A stretch of 64,000 nucleotides of DNA, taken from positions 160,001 to 224,000 of the forward strand of contig JAYZEG010000058.1 of assembly GCA_036337435.1 (NCBI GenBank), in the 5' to 3' direction. The number at the start of each line of letters is the position of its first letter. Positions within the stretch are counted from its first letter, which is position 1. The translations under genes and the position numbers were made by a program. Below the pieces are notes generated by a model. It was given only the letters and a program-made list of their open reading frames with translations, was not told the origin of the DNA and did not search any database. The stretch is from Myxococcota bacterium. GTDB taxonomy: Bacteria; Myxococcota_A; Bradymonadia; UBA7976; UBA1532. Below are positions 29,525-39,559 of this stretch, piece after piece.

Positions 29525-31873
29525 TCAGGATGGCGACTCAGCCACATCACCGGCAGCCTCAGGAGAAGAACTGGTATCAGCTGATACTGACTCCGGTTCG
29601 TCATCAAGCACACGCTGCGCAAGTAATTCTGCCAGATCGAGTACTTTGACTTCATCCGCCTTGTCCTTGGACTTAACACCGTCGTCCAGCATGGTCATGC
29701 AGAAGTTGCACGCCACCGCGATGACTTTGGGTTCTGTCTCCAACAACTCGTCTGTGCGGACATTATTCATACGCTGACCGATGTTCATTTCCATCCACAT
29801 TTGTCCGCCACCAGCACCGCAACAAAGTCCAATTTGTTTGTTACGTTTGGTCTCGACGCGCTCGACATCGGGCAGCGCGTCGATGATGTCTCGTTGGGGA
29901 TCGTAAATTTCGTTGTAACGACCTAGGTAGCATGAATCGTGATAGACGACTTTTTCCTTCTCTTCCTTGTCCGCTTTCGGAACAAGTTTGCCCTCTGACA
30001 TCAACTTGGACAAAAGTTCACTATGATGGATGACCTCGTAGTCGCCACCAAACTGCGAATATTCGTTCTTGAGGGTATTGAGGCAGTGTGGACAGTGAGT
30101 CACAATTTTCTTAACCCCATTGGCATTGAGGTTTTCCACATTTTCCATGGCCATATTTTGGAACAAGTATTCGTCACCAAGCCGACGTGCTGAGTCGCCT
30201 GTGCATTTTTCTTCGTTCCCCAGAATTGCGAAGTCAACACCCGCCTTTGCCATGAGCCTGGTCACCGATTTCGTGACTTTCTTCGCCCGATCGTCATAGG
30301 CACCAGCACAGCCAACCCAATACAAATACTCACTGGGTTGTTCTGGATCCCAAAGCTTCGCTTCTGGAACATCCTTGGCCCACTCAGCACGCTCTCTTGT
30401 CGGCATACCCCATGGATTAGCCCGGCTCTCCATAGCCTTCAACGCTTTCTGGCTCCCATGACCCACTTCGCCAAGGCTCATGGTGAGATATCGTCTCATG
30501 TCGATGATGTCGGGTATATGCTCATTACCCACAGGACAAACTTCCATACAAGCCCGGCAGGTTGTACATGACCAGAGCACGTCAGGATCGATGACTCCAC
30601 CGGGCAGGAGAAGAGACTCATCCCCGTCCAAATCCAGTTCTTCACCTCGCCGGTTAAACCGGTCTTCCATGTGATGTTTGATATCGACAATAATATCCAT
30701 TGGCTTGAGTGGCTTGTCGCTGCGAGAGGCTGGACAATTGTCCGTACAGCGGCCACATTCGGTACAACTTAGGCCGTCAAACAACTGCTTCCAACTCAAA
30801 TCTTCCAAATTCCGGGCACCGAAATATTCAGGTGACGGCGGCTCGTATTCAGCTTTGAGAGTCACCCCAGCTTCAGGTCGCTTCGCATCAGGAATCACGA
30901 CCGAATTATTGTCAGCATTGAATTTAAACTTTCGAAACTTCTTCGTGCCGAGGTAGAGGGTCACTCCGCCATCTTCAGCGGGGTTCTTAAGCGTGAATTC
31001 GAGGTCTCCTTCACCCTCAGGAACAACAAACTCTTCCGTCGTCGAATTCTCGTCCGTCAGTCCAAGATCCATTTTCCGAATGGCACCTTTGGCTTCGAGC
31101 GACATGAAGAAAATATTCAACGGTGCCGCAAACACATGACTGTGCTTACTCCATGGCACGTAATTTGTGAACGCGAGGAGCGTAACCAGGTGACACCACC
31201 AAGCCACTTTGTAACCAACAGCCTGGGTAGCGGGGTCGACCCCAGCAACAGCCGAAGCGAATATGGAACTAAACCAGATATGCCCGACATCCTGGGCACC
31301 GCTGTGAGCGATACTAAATCCTTGTTGAGCAACTTCGAAGACCATCAAGCCAAGAATAAAGAAAATCGTGTACATGGCATCTCGGGTCAGTGGCAACCTC
31401 TCCGGCTTGATCACAGTCCGATTGATGAAGGCCATGACGAGTCCGACGATACAAAGGAAGCGAAACGTATCTGCCAATGCCTGATATGCACCACCTAAGT
31501 CGTGAGCACCGCTAAAAGGAAGATGGAAGGTAGACGTGTGCTCGATTAAACCAAAAGCACCGAGTGTCTGGAGAATGCCATCGGTGACAAAGTTCACCGT
31601 ATCCACACTCAGCACCATGAAGGCACCAAAGATGAACATGTGTAAAATGCCGCTGTACAAATAACCGTTTCGCGGCAACCGTTTTTGAGCAACTACGTAG
31701 ATAAAAACGTTCTTGATTCGATCGGGAAATTCATTCCAGCGCATCTCCGGCCGCTTGCCGAGCATGAGTTGCCCAAACCGCATCTTAATCGCCATCACAA
31801 AGGCACCGCCGGCAATCATGAGTAAGAGCGCAAAACTTGCAATTGTTGGTATGCCTGAGATCGTCTCAATCAT
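29525..31873 (-). CDS. membrane-anchored heterodisulfide-reductase-like Fe-S oxidoreductase (FadF/HdrED-type, CCG domains)
   Basis: TM region, CTECGRC..CP, CTTCRAC..CP, WVGC, CTG, HDSCY.GR, CCGAGG, ACNFC. Confidence 0.9.
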   Translation of the reverse strand: MIETISGIPTIASFALLLMIAGGAFVMAIKMRFGQLMLGKRPEMRWNEFPDRIKNVFIYVVAQKRLPRNGYLYSGILHMFIFGAFMVLSVDTVNFVTDGILQTLGAFGLIEHTSTFHLPFSGAHDLGGAYQALADTFRFLCIVGLVMAFINRTVIKPERLPLTRDAMYTIFFILGLMVFEVAQQGFSIAHSGAQDVGHIWFSSIFASAVAGVDPATQAVGYKVAWWCHLVTLLAFTNYVPWSKHSHVFAAPLNIFFMSLEAKGAIRKMDLGLTDENSTTEEFVVPEGEGDLEFTLKNPAEDGGVTLYLGTKKFRKFKFNADNNSVVIPDAKRPEAGVTLKAEYEPPSPEYFGARNLEDLSWKQLFDGLSCTECGRCTDNCPASRSDKPLKPMDIIVDIKHHMEDRFNRRGEELDLDGDESLLLPGGVIDPDVLWSCTTCRACMEVCPVGNEHIPDIIDMRRYLTMSLGEVGHGSQKALKAMESRANPWGMPTRERAEWAKDVPEAKLWDPEQPSEYLYWVGCAGAYDDRAKKVTKSVTRLMAKAGVDFAILGNEEKCTGDSARRLGDEYLFQNMAMENVENLNANGVKKIVTHCPHCLNTLKNEYSQFGGDYEVIHHSELLSKLMSEGKLVPKADKEEKEKVVYHDSCYLGRYNEIYDPQRDIIDALPDVERVETKRNKQIGLCCGAGGGQMWMEMNIGQRMNNVRTDELLETEPKVIAVACNFCMTMLDDGVKSKDKADEVKVLDLAELLAQRVLDDEPESVSADTSSSPEAAGDVAESPS

Positions 31874-31942
31874 CTAATTTGTCCCCGCAAATACGACTGT
31901 TCTTTTGTACCTAAATACCGTGGCAAAAGCGACTATTTATCC

Positions 31943-31966
31943 GTCCTATGCTATGAGCGATAGGAC
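31943..31966. repeat. inverted repeat in divergent intergenic region
   Basis: GTCCTAT-GCTATGAGCG-ATAGGAC. Confidence 0.4.
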
Positions 31967-32023
31967 ACGCGATCGGTTGCAAAACCCATCTCATTATCAG
32001 CAAGAATCGTTGGAAACATCAAA

Positions 32024-33076
32024 TTGCGTAGGCTAAAAGCTCGATATTGGTGGCTGCTAAGCGCCGTTTGGTTTGCGATCGCTGGGTGCTACTGGGCTAC
32101 CTACTTCTATCAGAAAAGACAGTTAAAGCGACTCCAATACGAACAGAAAATACTCGAACACGTCTTTGACAAACTTGACATTAAGAATCCGAAACCGAGG
32201 CCAGCAATCAGCGATCCCACGAGGCTGCAGGTCCATGTTGAAGCCCTGGCCAAGCCAAGATTCACGTCGTCTGAACGTAAGCGGGCTAGGCACTATATTG
32301 TGCAGGTGATCTCACGCTGTGGGTACACACCGATGCGAGAGACTTTTGCGAGTGGAATGAACATTGTTGCAACAAAGCGAGGGCGTCTCAGTCCTCCGTC
32401 GATAATCGTTATTGGAGCTCATTACGATACCGTTCAAAACTCGCCCGGTGCCAACGACAACGCCAGCGGCGTAGCTGCTGTGCTGGAGATCGCATGTCAT
32501 TTGAAGACCGTCGACACTCAGTTAAGCTATCGATTTATTTTCTTCGATGGGGAAGAGCAGAACATGCTCGGGAGTAAAGCCCATCTCAACCACCAGTCCC
32601 GCCGGCAAAATATAGTCGGTGCCGTCATTTTGGAAATGATCGGCTCGAAATGCACTAAGAAGGGGTGCCAAACCTGGCCAAAATCGACGCCTCCATGGAT
32701 GAAACGAACTCCAGGTGATTTCATTGCGGTCGTTGGCGACATCAGCCATTTGGGGTTAATGAGCGCACTCGCCGAGAGCGGTGCGACAAATCGCCCACAT
32801 GTCCATACGATTCCGGTTTCAGGCGGCGGACACGCATTTCCCGATTCAAGGCGAAGCGATCATTCTCCTTTCTGGGACGTTGGCATCGATGCTGTCATGG
32901 TGACCGATACTGGTAATTTTCGTTATCCGCACTACCACCAGATGAGCGACGTGAGCGATCATATTAACTATGAATTTATGGCGGGCGTGCTCGATACTGT
33001 CATAGATGCAGTCATGAAAATCGACACGTCAAGTCTGTCGCTCAGTCCAAACACTATTCCACACTCGCGTCAATGA
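32024..33076 (+). CDS. M28 family metallopeptidase with N-terminal TM helix
   Basis: GAHYD, GANDNASG, DGEE, RSDH.PF, YH. Confidence 0.9.
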   Translation: MRRLKARYWWLLSAVWFAIAGCYWATYFYQKRQLKRLQYEQKILEHVFDKLDIKNPKPRPAISDPTRLQVHVEALAKPRFTSSERKRARHYIVQVISRCGYTPMRETFASGMNIVATKRGRLSPPSIIVIGAHYDTVQNSPGANDNASGVAAVLEIACHLKTVDTQLSYRFIFFDGEEQNMLGSKAHLNHQSRRQNIVGAVILEMIGSKCTKKGCQTWPKSTPPWMKRTPGDFIAVVGDISHLGLMSALAESGATNRPHVHTIPVSGGGHAFPDSRRSDHSPFWDVGIDAVMVTDTGNFRYPHYHQMSDVSDHINYEFMAGVLDTVIDAVMKIDTSSLSLSPNTIPHSRQ

Positions 33077-33884
33077 GAGTAAAAACCTGGTTGTTCGTCG
33101 GCTGAAATTGCCATTGAACGATCCCAACACCTTGCTGAACCCAGTAGGTGCGGTTTTTGGTTCCCAATAAGCTATCGGATACGTCGATTTGGCGGATGCC
33201 TTCCCGATATTGACCCTCCATCAATATGACCTGCGGATCCACGGACGTTACGACTTGAATACTGAGGTTAGATTGAGTCACACGAGGCTCGTCCTCACCG
33301 GCTCGAGTTAAGGTTTCCGTCATCGAATGATCTTCGATGGTATTTGTACTGAAACTCCCTGTTCGCCATGCGTCAGCCATCAATGTGTACGGGGGTAGGT
33401 AATCCCTCTCAATCTGATTCAGGAAAGTATCATCAGACGCCAAGAATTCTTTGATTTTGACGCTTTTAATCTTGAGGACCGGCCCCACATTCATGTTGGC
33501 CGGCTCAATCAAAAAGGTCTCTTCGAAAACCTGACGCACGAGCTGCGACTCGCCATCGATATCAATGTCAAGAAATGCTGTGGTCGACCGCAAATATTCG
33601 TTCTCTCCATCTCCCGGTGTCAGTGTTGAGACGGCTCGTTCATTGGCGTTTGGTGGCGTCATCCAATCGTCGGTTTGTTTTCGGTAACGCCATTGCGCAC
33701 CGGGCACGACAGGGAAATAGCTGCGGGTATCGACCACGACCGAGTCAGGGAGCTGGGTCACTGAGCTATCGAAGTTAAGCGGGTCTGTAGCACTGTCTCC
33801 CATAGACATATCACCATTGCTGCTCGTCTCTGAACAAGCGAACAAGAGACTGGCTGACAGAGTGACAATGCATAATCGATTCAT
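33054..33884 (-). CDS. hypothetical lipoprotein
   Basis: Lipobox LFAC; 'YFPVVPGAQWRY' and 'YWVQQGVGIV' beta-sheet motifs. Confidence 0.7.
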   Translation of the reverse strand: MNRLCIVTLSASLLFACSETSSNGDMSMGDSATDPLNFDSSVTQLPDSVVVDTRSYFPVVPGAQWRYRKQTDDWMTPPNANERAVSTLTPGDGENEYLRSTTAFLDIDIDGESQLVRQVFEETFLIEPANMNVGPVLKIKSVKIKEFLASDDTFLNQIERDYLPPYTLMADAWRTGSFSTNTIEDHSMTETLTRAGEDEPRVTQSNLSIQVVTSVDPQVILMEGQYREGIRQIDVSDSLLGTKNRTYWVQQGVGIVQWQFQPTNNQVFTLIDASVE

Positions 33885-33887
33885 GTT

Positions 33888-34661
33888 CTAAGACCTTTCT
33901 ATCAAATCGGAGTCTGGGCCGGCTTGGGGTTCCAACTTGGGTCGTACCCATTGCCGCACATCAGGAGGTAGTTCACGCTCAGCCAAGTCCGTGGCATCCG
34001 ATTCCGCAAGCCAAACTCGATCAACACGGTATGAATGGCCGTCATGGACCAAAGTCCAAAAATGTTGAACTTGGTCCATCCGAGCCCGTCCTTTTAGCGT
34101 TTTCCCGTTTTTATTCACCAAATGATATCTCGCCTTTTGCTCCAAGCGCAGCATCAATTCAACGTCCTTCGGAGCAGGCCCTTCGCCCACCATATACAAG
34201 CCAAGTGGGTGAACTTTCAAAACGGAGACAAACTCGCATTCAAGTTCCTGCCCTTGCTCTTGGACGCGCTGAACTTGCAGGGCCATATCTTGTTTAAATC
34301 GTTCTGTGACAAAGTTATCTATCTTGGACAAATCACCATGGACAAATCCATGCCATACATGAGGCGCACACAAGTGCACCCAGGTCTTGATATGGTCGAT
34401 GTCAAACTCTGTGTAAAATGGACCTATTTCTTTAATGAGCCTGGAGAGTGTTCGCCTCTCGTTCAGTTGCTCTTTAAAAATGATTCGACCCATCAAGACC
34501 ATAATTGATAAGCCCCCAACCCAGAATATGAGTTGGCTGCCGAGAGTATACTGAACAGGTCTTGGCTGCGGAGTCTGGCCGATTGCATAACCACACAGGG
34601 TGAGCGCGACAACTCCAAAAACACACCCTAGCCTTCGCGCAAATCCCCGCACAGAGTTCAT
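33888..34661 (-). CDS. Tim44-like domain membrane protein
   Basis: N-terminal TM helices; 'FD...IK.WV', 'GDL..I..FVT' and 'HFWTL' pattern. Confidence 0.55.
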   Translation of the reverse strand: MNSVRGFARRLGCVFGVVALTLCGYAIGQTPQPRPVQYTLGSQLIFWVGGLSIMVLMGRIIFKEQLNERRTLSRLIKEIGPFYTEFDIDHIKTWVHLCAPHVWHGFVHGDLSKIDNFVTERFKQDMALQVQRVQEQGQELECEFVSVLKVHPLGLYMVGEGPAPKDVELMLRLEQKARYHLVNKNGKTLKGRARMDQVQHFWTLVHDGHSYRVDRVWLAESDATDLAERELPPDVRQWVRPKLEPQAGPDSDLIERS

Positions 34662-36550
34662 TGAATTTCCTCGTCACGCTGATGCTGGGCATCAGGATAA
34701 TGCTCTGAACCTCCGATTTCTCTCAGAAATCGACTCGGTGCGAGAATAGAGCCATTTGTATGTTCTTGCCAAGCATGACAGAGATACAGCCAGCGCTGAC
34801 AGCGTGTCAAAGCGACATAAAAAAGACGCCGCTCTTCGGCCATATCAATACCTCGATCCCTCCCAAGCAGCGGAAATGACCCATCGGCGAGACCCACGAT
34901 GAAAACGGAGGCCCACTCCAGACCCTTGGCACGATGAACTGTTGACAATACAACACCTTGGTCTTGCCGAACTGTATCGGATGCCAGTGTCAATGCGTCT
35001 AAAAAATCGGTGGGTTCGGCAAAATCAAGAGACATGCGTATACAATCAACCAAGTCTTTCATACGAGAATCTGCATCGTCAAATGAACGCCGTATCCAAG
35101 GGTCGAGCACGCTTTTTCTCATCTGCGTCAGACATTGGAAGAGAGGTAATTTCAACGCTTCGAATATCGATCGAAGACAGGAATGAACTCGGATAATGGG
35201 GTCTCTTAATCGCGCTGGGACATCAATGTGTTCGGGTTCATGCTGTACCCAGTTTTGAAACGAGCCTAATCGTTTGATTTGACTGACAATTTCCTGAGAC
35301 GATCTTGGTCCGATACCCTCGAATATTTCAAGAATGGTCGCGTTTTCCAACGCGATTTCATCGCCGGAGATAAAAGACAGTAAATCGAATAACGGACGAA
35401 TATGAGGTCGTTCGAAGAGGCGCCGACCACTTCGCAATGTGTATGGAATACCAAATTCACCCAGTGCCAGTTCTAATTCTCGAGACTGCGAATGTGTTCG
35501 ATACAACACAGCTTGTTCAAAAAAAGGGACACCATGACCGTTTAATCGCTTGATTTCCTCGCACACAAAACGCGCTTGTTCAGCAGAGGTAAGAAAATCT
35601 TTTATAACTGGCATTGGTCCATCACTACGAATCGAATTTAACTTCAATGGACGCTGGTTTGGGTTGTTGGAAACGCTCTGATTGGCGAGGGCTATGATCT
35701 GAGGCGAGCTTCGATAATTATTGGTTAAATGAAGTACTCGAGCGTTTGGATATCGGTTTTCAAAATTCAAGATTGCATTCACATCCGAGCCACGAAAACC
35801 ATAAATTGATTGCTTATCGTCACCAACTACGGTCATGCGTTCGTGGGCGTGGGCAAGAGCATCTAAAATTGACACCTGTAACGGGTTTACATCCTGGTAT
35901 TCATCGACAAAGAGCGCATCGAAGCGAGAACGTATATCGTCATGACAAGCAGATTCCTTCGAAAGTAGCTGATTCAGGTAGAGCAGCAAATCATCAAAAT
36001 CCATGCAGTTATGCTCGATTTTCATGACCAAATAATCAATGTAAATGGCATCGATTAGGTCTAGATCCGCATTGGGTAAAAGCCGCTTTTGTGCGACCAA
36101 ATCCGACAGGGACTTATCAGCATTAACCGTGAGACTGTAAGCTCGCAATAAATGATTCGCTGTCAGATTGGGCGGAAGGGGTGGTGATTTTTCGAGAACA
36201 GCATTCATCAAGCGCTGGCAACGACTGTAATCCATGATTTGAAAATCAGCGCCATAGTTAAATTGATGTGCGTAATCCCGAAGTAAGCGGGCTGCAATAT
36301 GATGAAATGTGCCCACCCAAGGTCGACCGCCAATCGAATTGAGGCTACCGATGCGGTCACTCATCTCCTGAGCTGCTCGTTGAGTAAAGGTGACGAGCAG
36401 CGTACGCTCTGGTGTGAGGCCTCTATCAATCCAATGACAGACTCGATGAGTGAGCGTTCTGGTTTTTCCTGTGCCGGCACCTGCAACGACGAGGAGGGGT
36501 GCTAACGGTGCTTCAACAACGGTTTGCTGTTGATCATCCAAAGTTGCCAT
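34658..36550 (-). CDS. UvrD/Rep/PcrA-family ATP-dependent DNA helicase
   Basis: AGAGTGKT, TFT, VDEYQD, VGDDKQSIYGFRG, NYRS, STVHRAKGLEW, EERRLFYVALTR. Confidence 0.95.
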   Translation of the reverse strand: MATLDDQQQTVVEAPLAPLLVVAGAGTGKTRTLTHRVCHWIDRGLTPERTLLVTFTQRAAQEMSDRIGSLNSIGGRPWVGTFHHIAARLLRDYAHQFNYGADFQIMDYSRCQRLMNAVLEKSPPLPPNLTANHLLRAYSLTVNADKSLSDLVAQKRLLPNADLDLIDAIYIDYLVMKIEHNCMDFDDLLLYLNQLLSKESACHDDIRSRFDALFVDEYQDVNPLQVSILDALAHAHERMTVVGDDKQSIYGFRGSDVNAILNFENRYPNARVLHLTNNYRSSPQIIALANQSVSNNPNQRPLKLNSIRSDGPMPVIKDFLTSAEQARFVCEEIKRLNGHGVPFFEQAVLYRTHSQSRELELALGEFGIPYTLRSGRRLFERPHIRPLFDLLSFISGDEIALENATILEIFEGIGPRSSQEIVSQIKRLGSFQNWVQHEPEHIDVPARLRDPIIRVHSCLRSIFEALKLPLFQCLTQMRKSVLDPWIRRSFDDADSRMKDLVDCIRMSLDFAEPTDFLDALTLASDTVRQDQGVVLSTVHRAKGLEWASVFIVGLADGSFPLLGRDRGIDMAEERRLFYVALTRCQRWLYLCHAWQEHTNGSILAPSRFLREIGGSEHYPDAQHQRDEEIQ

Positions 36551-36553
36551 ATG

Positions 36554-38623
36554 CTATTGAATCAGCATCGTCTCAAAAGAAACGTCGTCAATGCAGTGCA
36601 GATAACGGCTTATCGGATCAGACTTCAGTGGCTCGCAAGTAGACTCCTCCTGGTCTACCACTGCAGTATAGATATCGTGGATAAACTGTGTGCACTGCCG
36701 GATACAATCGGCACTTGAGGTCGATTCTGATGATAAAGCATCTTGGGCACTCAGTAATGCATTCGTCACCAGGACCAAGCGGTCCGTCAGACCCTCATGG
36801 TTTCCATGCGCCTCGATGAGAGATTTAACTTGCCAAGCTGCAAGCTCGATTCTTGGGGCAAGATAAGGCAGGAGATGAGGTGACCTATCAGCTGAAATCA
36901 CCGGGCTTAACCTGGCGACCTGAACACGTTTGACACTGTCTAAATGACGACTGATCCCCATCAATTTCAACGATTTATCAGCATGACTGATTCGGCTTAA
37001 TTCTCGCAGAAAGCTCATACCTTCATACCAATTTTTTGTCATGGATTCGGCATCGATAGCACCGATCAAACAGAGTTGATGATCGGTATGACGACTGCAT
37101 TTATCAAGGCGCTCAGATTGAGTTGTCCACCATGCTCGTGCATGCGTCTGAGCGGCTTTTTCACCTGAGACATGACAATAGGCTGACCCGTCGGATCGTT
37201 TTGAACCACCCCAAACCGGGTCGACACTGTGGAGCAACGACTCAGTCTTGCTCAACCGATAATCCCCGTCTGGCCGGTCATCACCCATCTGTTTCCACGC
37301 TTCAAATTTTGGATCAATAGCCAGTGCAACCGTCTGACTATTTGGGCTCGACATGGGGGTCAGAACCCCGTAGGCAGGCTTCGCGGAAGCAGCCGAAAAT
37401 GCATCCGATGTGACAATAAAATAACGGATGCCCGCCTTGTGAAAAAGGGCATCGAATGACGGCATGTAACCCTGCTGACCCAGGTAGAGACCAGAGCTCT
37501 CGAATCCAAATGCCGACCGAAAGGTCTTTAATGCGGTTGCTAAGTTAAGCTCTACGCTTCCTCGGAAAGGTAAAATATCCGTGAGTGGCGCATTGGTGGC
37601 CCAGGTTGTCATCAACTCAATGCAACCAAGCTCATGAAGTCGTCGCAACTCTTCGAGAATATCTTTATCGATGATGTCAAAAACGGTCTGAAGCGAGTTC
37701 AAACGATCCTGATCTGCGGAAAAAATCTCAGGATGCTCGTGGACCACTTGACTCATAGCAAATCGACGGGCTTGTAATTCATCTACGACCGACTGTTTAT
37801 TTTCTTGTGAGTTCAGAAAACTGATCAACCTCGGGCAGATTGCCAACCCGAAACAAGATCCTTCACCAGCGATGGCGATATCACGGAGTGTTGCGATCAC
37901 AGGCAGACACACATCCACGACGTAATCTATGACCGCTTTTTGGTGATTTATCTGGTCAAATTCCAATTGGAGCCTAAGGACTGCACCGATTGCCGCACTC
38001 TGCTTCAGCTGAACAGATTGGGCCGACTCTAATCGTGCAGACTTCGAAGTTAATTTAGGCAACCAATGGGCATGATAGGGCCCGCTCAAACTTTGTGCAT
38101 ACGCTCGAACAAGGGAGTGTCCCTCCTTCGATGATACGTCAAGAACATCCGTCTTCCCTGTGGACCAATCGATTGAATTGAGTTTGATGGACTCTCTACC
38201 ATGGCTCTTGAGGGGTCTCTGGATCGGTGTCGATCGAACGATATGACTGAATCCTGAGGGCGTTCGAATTCCAATTGCACCCACCACCCGACTGACAGTC
38301 TTAGGCAAATCAACCCTTTTGAAACCAATCCATCGGTCTATTTTAAAATCCTGAGTACGTTTGGCACCTTGAGCGGTTTCAATATAAATGCGCAGAGTCA
38401 GTCGAGCTTCAGACCCCTCCGACTGCCTCGATTGACCACGGGTGATGCTGGCCGACGTCAGTGTCCAATAAAGCAGAATACCATCCGGCTCATTAATACA
38501 TGTAATCATGGGTTGTTCGATTCGATATCGCAGTTTTTCGAAATCAGCCGACTCCATTGAAAATAATTCATCTGTCGATTCGAACCGCTTTTCGATTTCA
38601 GTGCTGGTCTCGTCCTGTAACAT
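36554..38623 (-). CDS. DUF4912-like domain fused to a degenerate GH57 branching-enzyme-like domain
   Basis: 'EPD.ILLYW' and 'IGIRT..G.F..I.RS' (DUF4912-like); 'IELMT', 'F.SAFG....G', 'GIRYFIV', 'DAE....WYEG..FL' (GH57-like). Confidence 0.6.
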   Translation of the reverse strand: MLQDETSTEIEKRFESTDELFSMESADFEKLRYRIEQPMITCINEPDGILLYWTLTSASITRGQSRQSEGSEARLTLRIYIETAQGAKRTQDFKIDRWIGFKRVDLPKTVSRVVGAIGIRTPSGFSHIVRSTPIQRPLKSHGRESIKLNSIDWSTGKTDVLDVSSKEGHSLVRAYAQSLSGPYHAHWLPKLTSKSARLESAQSVQLKQSAAIGAVLRLQLEFDQINHQKAVIDYVVDVCLPVIATLRDIAIAGEGSCFGLAICPRLISFLNSQENKQSVVDELQARRFAMSQVVHEHPEIFSADQDRLNSLQTVFDIIDKDILEELRRLHELGCIELMTTWATNAPLTDILPFRGSVELNLATALKTFRSAFGFESSGLYLGQQGYMPSFDALFHKAGIRYFIVTSDAFSAASAKPAYGVLTPMSSPNSQTVALAIDPKFEAWKQMGDDRPDGDYRLSKTESLLHSVDPVWGGSKRSDGSAYCHVSGEKAAQTHARAWWTTQSERLDKCSRHTDHQLCLIGAIDAESMTKNWYEGMSFLRELSRISHADKSLKLMGISRHLDSVKRVQVARLSPVISADRSPHLLPYLAPRIELAAWQVKSLIEAHGNHEGLTDRLVLVTNALLSAQDALSSESTSSADCIRQCTQFIHDIYTAVVDQEESTCEPLKSDPISRYLHCIDDVSFETMLIQ

Positions 38624-38710
38624 GACTCGGCTCTCCCAAAACGAACATCAAATCCCTACGCCTACTCGACTCATCGAGCTGTAATCACTAACCGCCTCAA
38701 CGTCAACGCT

Positions 38711-39184
38711 TCATTCGCGATGATACGGATGACCCGACATCATAGACCCCGCACGATACAGCTGCTCACACAAAACGAGCCGCGCCAATTCATGGGGTAG
38801 TGTTAAAGTGCTCAATGACATGATTAAGTTCGCTCGTTTCAAAACGCTTTCTCCGTGTCCATCGGGTCCGCCGATGAGAAAAGCGAGGCTTGATGTGCCC
38901 TTGACTTGTTGTGCCTGAATCCAGTCAGCAAATTGAGTGCTTGAGAACTGTTTTCCGTGCTCGTCCAGAACCACCGTGAAAGCCGTCTTTGGTATATGCC
39001 GGGTCAAGTTGATTGCTTCTTGGTCCTTCCACGACTTTGATCCATCTGAACGACCTCTGCGAATATCCTTGAGCTCGATGTAGTCGACTTTGAAGAATCG
39101 CTTCATTCGCGACAGAAAGTCATCACAACCGAGGCGAGCATATTTCGCCTTGACGCGGCCGACAGCGCATATCGTGATTCTCAC
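38711..39184 (-). CDS. rlmH: 23S rRNA pseudouridine-1915 N3-methyltransferase
   Basis: LDEHGK, FLIGGPDG, TLPHELAR, EQLYRA, GHPYHR. Confidence 0.97.
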   Translation of the reverse strand: MRITICAVGRVKAKYARLGCDDFLSRMKRFFKVDYIELKDIRRGRSDGSKSWKDQEAINLTRHIPKTAFTVVLDEHGKQFSSTQFADWIQAQQVKGTSSLAFLIGGPDGHGESVLKRANLIMSLSTLTLPHELARLVLCEQLYRAGSMMSGHPYHRE

Positions 39185-39202
39185 AAGTCCTCCGAAATCG
39201 GA

Positions 39203-39559
39203 CTAGGAGTCCATCGGCGTAAAGTCAATTTTCTTCGCATCCGACCAGAGGCCTTCAAGGTCATAGAAGTGTCGCTCATCTTCGCGAAACACATGTACGA
39301 CGGCATCGCCAAAATCGGCGAGTGCCCAGCGTCCTGATTTTGTTCCTTCAACACCCATGGGCAGTAAATCGAATCGTGCCTTCAACTCGGTGCGAACATT
39401 GTCGATCAGGGATTGCACTTGACGGTCGCTTCGACCACTGGCGAGGACAAAATAAGATGTGTAGCCCACAAGGCTTTCAACATCTAGGATAACAATATCG
39501 CGACCCTGTTTGGCATCGAGGGAACGCGCGATATGATTCACAAGTTCTAGTGGCTCCAT
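39203..39559 (-). CDS. rsfS: ribosome silencing factor
   Basis: DIVILDV, W.L.DFGD.VVHVF, R.FYDLEGLW. Confidence 0.96.
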   Translation of the reverse strand: MEPLELVNHIARSLDAKQGRDIVILDVESLVGYTSYFVLASGRSDRQVQSLIDNVRTELKARFDLLPMGVEGTKSGRWALADFGDAVVHVFREDERHFYDLEGLWSDAKKIDFTPMDS

